Of a DNA stretch of 64,000 bases, positions 57,178 to 64,000 are shown piece after piece; position 1 is the stretch's first letter; each line of letters begins with the position of its first letter. The DNA lies in assembly GCA_963702435.1 (NCBI GenBank), contig CAVPCR010000001.1, forward strand, positions 1,344,001 to 1,408,000, in the 5' to 3' direction. Source of the stretch: Candidatus Eiseniibacteriota bacterium. GTDB taxonomy: Bacteria > Eisenbacteria > RBG-16-71-46 > CAVPCR01. The position numbers and the translations under genes are program-made. Under the pieces are notes generated by a model. It saw nothing but the letters and a program-made list of their open reading frames with translations. It was not told the origin of the DNA and did no database searches.

Positions 57178-60100
57178 CTAGAAGGGCCCGAGCGCACCCA
57201 GGGCGAACCGGACCGCCGCCTCGAGCGGCGCCTTCTGCCCCTCGTCCCACTTCCTCGCGTACAGCTCATCGCCGAGCGCAGCCCGCAGCGCCGCTTCACT
57301 CGTCGTGCGCTCCGACGAAGTCGCGGCTACCTCCACGCTCGCGCCGCCGCCGTGCGCGTCCGCCGCGCCGAGGAGAAAGGCGGCGCGCTCCCCTTCCCCC
57401 GTGGCCGTCGCCAGCAGGGCCAGGGACTCGAGCGCTTCAGCGACTCCCGAGCGATCGCCGATCTCGTGACGGATGGTGAGGCTCTCGGTCAGGAAGGAGC
57501 GCGCCACAGCGTGATCTCCCTGCTTCTCGCAGACGACTCCGAGCATGTGGAGGAGCACGGCGATCCGCTTCGGCGAGTCCGATTCACGCTCGAGGTCGAG
57601 GCTCTCCTCGAGCAGCAGGCGGGCTCCGGCGAACTCGCCTTGCCGGCGGAGCACGTTCGCGATGTTGACGAGCGAGACCACGGTCCCCCGCCGGTCGCCC
57701 AGCTCGCGCTTGATGGCGAGGCTTTCGACATGGAGGGCGCGGGCCTCGGCGTGTTCGCCCTCCTCCTCGGCGAGGTTGCCGAGGCTGTTGAGGGACTGCG
57801 CGATGCCCTGCTTGTCGCCGATCTCGCGGCGAATCCCCAGGCTCTCCTCGTAACAGGTGCGCGCCCGGCGGTAATCGCCCAGCCGGCGCAGGACGACGCC
57901 GAGGTTGTTGAGCGATGAAGCGATGCCGCGCCGATCGCCGAGCCGGCGCTTGATGGAGAGGCTCTCCTCGTGCAGCCGGCGCGCCTCGTCATGCTCGCCC
58001 TGGTCGCGGGCCAGGTTGGCGAGGTTGTTGAGCGAGAGCGCAATGCCCCGCTCGTCGCCCAGCTCCCGCCGCACCGCGAGGCTTTCCTCGTAGAGCTGCC
58101 GGGACTCGTCGAACGCGCCGCGCGTCCAGGCGATCAGCCCCAGGCTGTTGAGGGACTGCGCGATCCCCGGCTTGTCGCCGAGCCGGCGACGGATGGCGAG
58201 GCTCTCCTCGTAGGCGCGCCGCGCCTCGACCCCGTCCCCCTGGCTGAGGGCCAGGTTGCCCGCGCAGACGAGCACCTTCGCCCGCGCCGCCGGATCGCCG
58301 GGACCGGGCCGCGCGATCATCTCGGCGCAGACTCCCCGCCCCTCGCTCCAGTGTCCGTGCACTTCCCAGAATCGGCCCAGAGCGCCGGCGAGCCGCAGCC
58401 CGCACGTGGCATCATGATCCGCACTACGGCATGTATCCACGGCCAGGCGCAAATTATCGTGCTCGGCCTCGATGCGGGAGAGCCAGAGACCTTGCTCTTC
58501 CCCCGTGAGCTGGCGGTCCGCCGCCTCCGCCCAGGAGAGGAAGTGCGCGAGGTGGCGCTCCCGGGTGCCGTCGCTCTCACCCTGCTCGCCGAGCCGCTGG
58601 CGGGCGTAGCTGCGCACGGTCTCCAGCATGCGGTACCTGGTCTTGCCGGTCCGCTGCCCGCCCTCGGCATCGATCTCGACGAGCGACTTGTCCACGAGCC
58701 GCGACAGGAGGTCGAGCACCTCCCATTCTTCGAGATCGTCCCCGGCGCAGACGGCGCCCGCCGAGTCCAGGGTCCAGCCGCCGGCGAAGAACGACAGCCG
58801 GCGGAAGACCGCCGCCTCGTGCGGCGTCAGGCTCTCGTAGCTCCAGTCGATGAGGGCGCGCAGCGTCTGATGATGGGGCAGGGCGGTCCGGCTGCCGCCG
58901 GTCAGGAGCCGGAATCGATCGTCCAGGTGGCTCGCGATCTCGGCGGCGGACATCACCTTGATCCGGGCGACCGCAAGCTCGATGGCGAGCGGGATACCGT
59001 CGAGATGCCGGCAAATCTCGCGCACGGGCGCGAAGGTCGCGGCGTTGAGCGTGAAGGTCGCATTCACCACCCTGGCCCGTTCGACGAAGAGCTGGACCGA
59101 TTCGACCTGTCCGAGCTCTTCCGGCGAGAAGCTCCGCCCGGTGGGAACCGCGAGCGGCGGCACGTGGAAGATGCTCTCGCCGGGGATGCCGAGGCCCTCG
59201 CGGCTCGTCGCGATGATGCGCAGCCCGGGACACGAGCGGAGCAGGATGGCGACGAGATCCGCGCATGCTCCGAGCAGGTGCTCGCAGTTGTCGAGAAGGA
59301 GAAGCATGCTCCGCGGCTTCAGGTGGGCGACGAGCGTCTCGATCGTGGGCTGGTGGGGCTCCTCCTTGAGCCCGAGCCCGTGCGCCACCGCCTGGGGCAC
59401 GAGCTCCGCATTCGCCAGCGGCGCGAGCTCGACGAGCCAGGCGCCGTCGGCGTACTCGGCGATGATTTCCCGCGCCACCTCCAGGGACAGGCGCGTCTTG
59501 CCGCACCCGCCGATGCCGCTCAGGGTGAGGAGACGCGTGGCGGCAAGGAGTTCCTTGATCGCGGCCTGCTCGCTCCGGCGGCCGACGAAGCTCGTGACCG
59601 CAACGGGCAGGTTGTTGGGCGCGGCGACGCGTTCCTCCCGCCGGGCGGCGGTGAGCGCGCGCAGGGTCCGTTCCTGGATGGCCTCCTCGAGCGCCCGCCG
59701 GAGTTCCGCGGCGGCGGCCGGGCGGTCGGCGGCCTGCTTGGCCAGCGTGCGGCGGAGCGTCGCGTGGAGAACGGGTGGCAGCTCCGCGGGCAGCGCCTGC
59801 CAGTCGGGATCCTGATGGAACGTCGCCGCGCAGATCTCCTTGATGGAGGCACCCCGGAAAGCGCGCCGGCCGGTCAGGCACTCATAGAGGATGCACCCGA
59901 GCGCCCACAGATCGGTGCGGTGGTCGAGCGGCTCTCCGCGCATCTGCTCGGGGCTCATGTAGCCCGGAGAGCCGATGATGCTCCCGGACTCCGCTGCGCC
60001 CGCCGCCCCTGCGCTCGCCGCGCCTGCGCTCGCCGCCCCTGCGCCCGCCGCCCCTGCGCTCGCCGCGCCATCCGCCGGTTCGGCAGCGACCGCACGCGCC

Positions 60101-60741
60101 AGCCCGAAGTCGAGCACCTTGACCAGCCCGTCCGGTGTGATGCGGACGTTGCCGGGCTTGATGTCGAGATGCACCACGCCTCGCTTGTGCGCCACCTCGA
60201 GGGCGGCCGCGATCTGGCGGCAGAGAGTCAGCGCCTCATCGATGCCGAGCGGACCCCGGGCGATGCGCGCGCTCAGGTCTTCGCCGGGAATGAGCTCGAG
60301 GGTGAGGAAGCGCAGGCTGCCCGCCGCCTCGAGCGAATGGATGGTGGCGATGTTCGGGTGGTTGAGCGCGGCCAGGAGCTGCGCCTCGCGCTCGAAGCGC
60401 GCGAGCCACTCCGGATCGGCGGCCACCGCCACGGGCAGGACCTTGATCGCGATCCGGCGCTTGAGCCGGGGATCCTCGGCGACGTAGACGACGCCCATGC
60501 CGCCGCGACCGAGCTCGCCGACGACGTGATACTCGCCGACCTGCTCCGGGCGGGCAGCCGAAACAGCCGAAACAGCCGAAGCGGCAGCAGCAGCAGGAGT
60601 ATCAGGAGCCGGCGCCGGACGAGGCGGCCGCGTCGGATCGGACCCCGCTGCGAGCGGGGTCGTGGTGTCATCCGGAACGCCGAGATCGCGCGTGCGATCC
60701 GCGTCGAACGGGGTTTCAGGGGATTGACTCATGTCGGGCAT
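57178..60741 (-). CDS. Ser/Thr kinase-STAND (NB-ARC-like) ATPase-TPR protein
   Basis: GRGGMGVVY, HLDIKPGN, DFG; GIGGCGKT, LLDNCEH, DGIPLAIELA; 40-aa TPR repeats (YEESLA.RR.LGD..GIA.SLNNL). Confidence 0.9.
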   Translation of the reverse strand: MPDMSQSPETPFDADRTRDLGVPDDTTTPLAAGSDPTRPPRPAPAPDTPAAAAASAVSAVSAARPEQVGEYHVVGELGRGGMGVVYVAEDPRLKRRIAIKVLPVAVAADPEWLARFEREAQLLAALNHPNIATIHSLEAAGSLRFLTLELIPGEDLSARIARGPLGIDEALTLCRQIAAALEVAHKRGVVHLDIKPGNVRITPDGLVKVLDFGLARAVAAEPADGAASAGAAGAGAASAGAASAGAAGAAESGSIIGSPGYMSPEQMRGEPLDHRTDLWALGCILYECLTGRRAFRGASIKEICAATFHQDPDWQALPAELPPVLHATLRRTLAKQAADRPAAAAELRRALEEAIQERTLRALTAARREERVAAPNNLPVAVTSFVGRRSEQAAIKELLAATRLLTLSGIGGCGKTRLSLEVAREIIAEYADGAWLVELAPLANAELVPQAVAHGLGLKEEPHQPTIETLVAHLKPRSMLLLLDNCEHLLGACADLVAILLRSCPGLRIIATSREGLGIPGESIFHVPPLAVPTGRSFSPEELGQVESVQLFVERARVVNATFTLNAATFAPVREICRHLDGIPLAIELAVARIKVMSAAEIASHLDDRFRLLTGGSRTALPHHQTLRALIDWSYESLTPHEAAVFRRLSFFAGGWTLDSAGAVCAGDDLEEWEVLDLLSRLVDKSLVEIDAEGGQRTGKTRYRMLETVRSYARQRLGEQGESDGTRERHLAHFLSWAEAADRQLTGEEQGLWLSRIEAEHDNLRLAVDTCRSADHDATCGLRLAGALGRFWEVHGHWSEGRGVCAEMIARPGPGDPAARAKVLVCAGNLALSQGDGVEARRAYEESLAIRRRLGDKPGIAQSLNSLGLIAWTRGAFDESRQLYEESLAVRRELGDERGIALSLNNLANLARDQGEHDEARRLHEESLSIKRRLGDRRGIASSLNNLGVVLRRLGDYRRARTCYEESLGIRREIGDKQGIAQSLNSLGNLAEEEGEHAEARALHVESLAIKRELGDRRGTVVSLVNIANVLRRQGEFAGARLLLEESLDLERESDSPKRIAVLLHMLGVVCEKQGDHAVARSFLTESLTIRHEIGDRSGVAEALESLALLATATGEGERAAFLLGAADAHGGGASVEVAATSSERTTSEAALRAALGDELYARKWDEGQKAPLEAAVRFALGALGPF
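59993..60068. repeat. 15-bp in-frame tandem repeat (AGAAS/AGAAG) in the kinase activation segment
   Basis: Repeated gcgctcgccgcccct-like units. Confidence 0.75.
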
Positions 60742-61026
60742 GCCAGGCGGCCATCCCGCCGGCGCCGCCGGCGGCCGGAACGCGGTCTCATAGGGACCCT
60801 TTCATACTAACCCACCCCGGGCGGATCGACGCCGAGCCTCCGCCGGCCCGGCCCGGGGCGCCGTGCCCGTGCTCCAGCCGTGCTATACTCATCGGGTAAT
60901 CGCGTGGGTCGGAGAAGCGAGGCTCGCCGCGCTCTCGCCACCCCCTGGCGCCTGCCGGCAACGGGATGCCGTGGGCTGCAACTACTGGAAGACAACGGCC
61001 TCGATCGAGGCCAGGAGGCCCCCGCC

Positions 61027-61842
61027 ATGCGACCCCTGCTCGCCGTACTGAGCCTCGCGCTCGCGACCATCCCATCGCTCGCCGCGGCCGAGCTCGACCT
61101 GAACGGCAACCTGATCGGCATCCCGCCCGTGAGCTGGGACACTCCCGGTGACCCCTGCGGGCAGTGCGCCGCTCCCTATGCCATCCTGGGTGTCGACTTC
61201 AAGGGCACCGATCTCTGGGGCATCACCCAGGGCGGCCTGCTCTATCACTTCGCGAACTGCGGCGTCGTCGAGACGGTGCAAACGCAGGTGTCCGCTTTCA
61301 CCTTCGGGCTTGGCTTCGACTCGACCAGGAATCTCTGGATCATCACGAGCCCGCAGACGGATCGCGTCTACCAGGTCGACCTGGCCGGCAGCGTGGTCGA
61401 CTCGTGGGCCACTCCCGGCGCCGGACCCGTAGGTGCGGCCTATGATGTGAGCCGTGATCTCTACTGGATCACCGACTTCGCCCAGACCCGCATCTACTCC
61501 GTCGATCCCGACACCGGGCTGCCCGGTCCCGCGTTCAACGCGCCGGCCGGCACGCGCATCGCCGGAACCGGCTACAACGCCGGCGCCGATGTCCTCCTCT
61601 ACAACGGACGCGATCAGGCAATGAGCTACTGCATCTCGGCGTCGTCCGGACAGCTCCTCTTCTCCTTCCCGGTGCCCCAGGGCGGGGGCAACAACGGGCA
61701 GGGCGCGGGCTGCGATCCGGCCACCGGCAACGGATGGCTCGCGCACTTCGAGCAGCCGTTCCTCTTCTGCGTCGAGTCCTGCGGCGGTCCGACGGCGGTC
61801 GCGCCGGCCACCTGGGGCACGATCAAATCCCTCTACGACTGA
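61027..61842 (+). CDS. Secreted beta-propeller-like protein ending in a TWGxIKxxY motif
   Basis: AGGAGG SD, signal peptide, GLGFD/GAAYD/GTGYN blades, C-terminus GPTAVAPATWGTIKSLYD. Confidence 0.78.
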   Translation: MRPLLAVLSLALATIPSLAAAELDLNGNLIGIPPVSWDTPGDPCGQCAAPYAILGVDFKGTDLWGITQGGLLYHFANCGVVETVQTQVSAFTFGLGFDSTRNLWIITSPQTDRVYQVDLAGSVVDSWATPGAGPVGAAYDVSRDLYWITDFAQTRIYSVDPDTGLPGPAFNAPAGTRIAGTGYNAGADVLLYNGRDQAMSYCISASSGQLLFSFPVPQGGGNNGQGAGCDPATGNGWLAHFEQPFLFCVESCGGPTAVAPATWGTIKSLYD

Positions 61843-62000
61843 AGCCGGGGAGACGATAGAAACAGCCGCGACCGCCTGTTGCACTGCAATGCCGGCGCGG
61901 TTATGATGGGCGCTGTAGTCAACCCCCCATGGCCCGCCGGTATCCGGGCAGGTGCCCCGGAACTGGCGAGTCGTTCGTGTACACTCGAGGAGGTATCCCG

Positions 62001-62498
62001 GTGTTGAAGCAAGTTGCTGTAATTGCGTCCCTGCTCGCCGTGGCGGTGGGAATCGCCTGGGCCGGCGACATGAACAAGGCCACCGCAGAACAGATGGAAG
62101 CCATGAAGGCCGCGATGTCGAAGTGCTCCGTGTGCAAGATCATGGCTCCGCATCTTGGCGAGCTGGCGCCGATGAAGATGGAAGTCGTCAAGCTCAACAA
62201 CGGTGTGGCGATCATGCACAACGTCGACAGTCCGGCCAAGGCCACCACGCTCCATGCCGTGTGCAAGGAGATGACCGCGGCCGGCGAGGGCTGCGTGGCG
62301 ATGACGGACGAGCAGGCGAAGACGCAGCTCTGCGAGAACTGCCAGGAGATGCGCTCTGTGATCAAGGCCGGCGCCACCATGGGCATCGGCGACACCAAGA
62401 TGGGCGACATCATGGTGTTCACGTCGAACGATCCGGCAGTCCAGGCCAGGATCAACGCGATGGGCGAGAAGTGCGCCCTGATGGCCGCCGAGATGTAG
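62001..62498 (+). CDS. Secreted Cys/Met-rich hypothetical protein
   Basis: GAGGAGG SD, GTG start, signal peptide, CSVCKIM and CENCQEM. Confidence 0.7.
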   Translation: MLKQVAVIASLLAVAVGIAWAGDMNKATAEQMEAMKAAMSKCSVCKIMAPHLGELAPMKMEVVKLNNGVAIMHNVDSPAKATTLHAVCKEMTAAGEGCVAMTDEQAKTQLCENCQEMRSVIKAGATMGIGDTKMGDIMVFTSNDPAVQARINAMGEKCALMAAEM

Positions 62499-62543
62499 GA
62501 CGCGGCTCGGCCGTCAGCGCTCCTCGCGCCCCAGCCGATCAGG

Positions 62544-62575
62544 ACAAGGCCCTCCACGCCAGTGGAGGGCCTTGT
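62544..62575. terminator. Bidirectional terminator-like hairpin
   Basis: Perfect 14-bp stem ACAAGGCCCTCCAC/GTGGAGGGCCTTGT between convergent genes, with an A8 run nearby. Confidence 0.7.
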
Positions 62576-62608
62576 TGCTGGCCGCGAAAAAAAAGGCGTG
62601 CGCCCCGG

Positions 62609-63925
62609 CTAGAAGCTCGTCTCGCTCGTGAAGTCCCAGTCGGCCACCTTGAGCGCGGGGACGAGCATCGGATCCGACTCGACGTCGCTCGCGGCGATTG
62701 GCGTGGTCGCGCCGCGGATGTTCGCGAGCATGTCGACGCTGCTCATGTTCCAGCGGAAGTTCCTGAGGCCGCGCGTGACCTTGCCGTCCTCGATCGCGAA
62801 GAGCCCGTCCCGCGTCATCCCGGTCAGGAGCATCCTCATCGGATCGACGAAGCGGATGTACCAGAAGTGCGTGACGAGGATCCCCTTCTCTGTCTCGGCG
62901 ATGAGATCGGCGACCGTGCCGCTGCCGCCGCAGTCGAGGACGAGCTGGCCCGGGAACGGCGTCGGCGCGACGCCGTGCTTCCCGGCGGTGAACCGGTCGT
63001 AGAAGAGGTTCACGAACTTGCCCTGCTCGATCCACACCACCTTGCGGGCCGGGAGCCCGTCTGCAAACCAGGGCTGTCCGAAGAGGAGCGGATGGAAAGG
63101 ATCGCTCGCGAGATGCACGCGCTCGGCAACGAGCCTCTGCCCGAGCTTCCCCGCGAGGAACGTGCGCCCCTCGAACGTCTCCCGGGCGCTCATTCCGCCC
63201 CAGGTCATGGGACCAAGGAGACCGGTCACCGCCGCCGGCTCGAGGATCACGGTGTAGCGCCCCGGCGGCCAGGAGATGGGATCGGCGGCCGACGCCGCCT
63301 TCTCGATGGCGACACCGACCGCCTCCGCCACCCCGAGCGCGCCGAGATCGGGATGCGTGCGCCGCACCCAACCGCTCGCCCCGCCCCGCTCCGGCGTCGC
63401 CGAGAAGGCGGCCTCCGTGTTCCGGTGATAGGCGAAGAGCCCCCGGTTGTTGGCGATCGCGCGCGCGTTCGCCGCGGTCGAGACGATCCCCGCGACCGTC
63501 ATGCCCGCGCCCTCGGCGGCCACGACGGCCTCCCGCGCGAGTGCTGCACGCTCCTCGGGGGTGGCCGCCGCGGTGCGCTCGACGAAGCCCTCGACCGGCG
63601 GGAAGCCCGCGGGCGGGACGGGCGGCGCCGGCGGCGGCATGTACTCGGGATCCGGCGGCGCGAGCCGCGCGATCGCCTCCGCCCTCTCGACGACCGCAGC
63701 CAGCGAATCGTCATCGGCGGCGTTCACCTCGGCCGATCCCTTCTGGAGCCCGAACGCGGCGTCGACGCGGATCGTGCGGTTCGACCGCGCCACGTTCTGC
63801 GTGATCGCGTTGTTCGCGAAGCGGGTGAGCGCGTAGTCCTCCGCCTCGACTCGCACGGTCACGTGCTCGGCGGTCGCGCGCGCGAGCACCTTCCCGGCAA
63901 TCGCTCTGGCGTCCTCTTCCCGCAT
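62609..63925 (-). CDS. TldD/PmbA (TldE-like) family protein
   Basis: LTRFANNAITQNV, PGRYTVILEPAAV, GILVTHFWY, TGMTRDGLF, NFRWN; no HExxH seen. Confidence 0.88.
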   Translation of the reverse strand: MREEDARAIAGKVLARATAEHVTVRVEAEDYALTRFANNAITQNVARSNRTIRVDAAFGLQKGSAEVNAADDDSLAAVVERAEAIARLAPPDPEYMPPPAPPVPPAGFPPVEGFVERTAAATPEERAALAREAVVAAEGAGMTVAGIVSTAANARAIANNRGLFAYHRNTEAAFSATPERGGASGWVRRTHPDLGALGVAEAVGVAIEKAASAADPISWPPGRYTVILEPAAVTGLLGPMTWGGMSARETFEGRTFLAGKLGQRLVAERVHLASDPFHPLLFGQPWFADGLPARKVVWIEQGKFVNLFYDRFTAGKHGVAPTPFPGQLVLDCGGSGTVADLIAETEKGILVTHFWYIRFVDPMRMLLTGMTRDGLFAIEDGKVTRGLRNFRWNMSSVDMLANIRGATTPIAASDVESDPMLVPALKVADWDFTSETSF

Positions 63926-63936
63926 CGCAGTCCTCT

Positions 63937-63988
63937 CGCTCACACCGTCTCCGCTCACCCCGTCTCCACTCACACTGTCTCCACTCAC
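63937..63988. repeat. 15-bp tandem repeat upstream of the TldE-like gene
   Basis: ccgtctccgctcacc-like units, about 3.5 copies. Confidence 0.7.
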
Positions 63989-64000
63989 GCCCTGGCGCCG

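Noticed and set aside
57178..60741. Avs-type antiviral STAND
   Set aside because: The kinase-ATPase-TPR architecture has backbone-like GC and no defence context, so it looks like a common signalling protein.
1..64000. tRNA, rRNA, integrase or transposase genes
   Set aside because: None were recognised by eye; tRNAscan, Infernal and HMM searches would be needed to exclude them.

Overview
This is a very GC-rich bacterial window. Three secreted proteins end in FlgD-Ig-like domains and two end in a TWGxIKxxY tail, which suggests an FCB-associated candidate lineage such as Eisenbacteria, Latescibacterota or Krumholzibacteriota (inference only). The backbone encodes secreted repeat proteins, STAND/kinase regulators, transporters (cstA, APC permease, AtoE-like, TonB-dependent receptor), a fused NfnAB-type oxidoreductase, glpD, cysE-cysK, an amidase and a TldD/PmbA protein. 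The main accessory element is a ~13.6 kb integrase-less defence island (~16.7-30.35 kb), bounded by a 93-bp imperfect duplication of the cstA 3' end. It carries three modules: (i) an unknown 513-aa protein plus a tandem-PLD protein, (ii) a divergent N6-adenine MTase plus a PLD-SNF2 helicase, and (iii) a translationally coupled three-gene TIGR04255 module whose third gene is hidden by a frameshift. Three type II TA pairs follow; two of them are each followed by a copy of a 59-bp attC-like repeat. Seven genes carry apparent single-base frameshifts, probably partly consensus errors. All family calls come from motif recognition by eye; no database searches were run.
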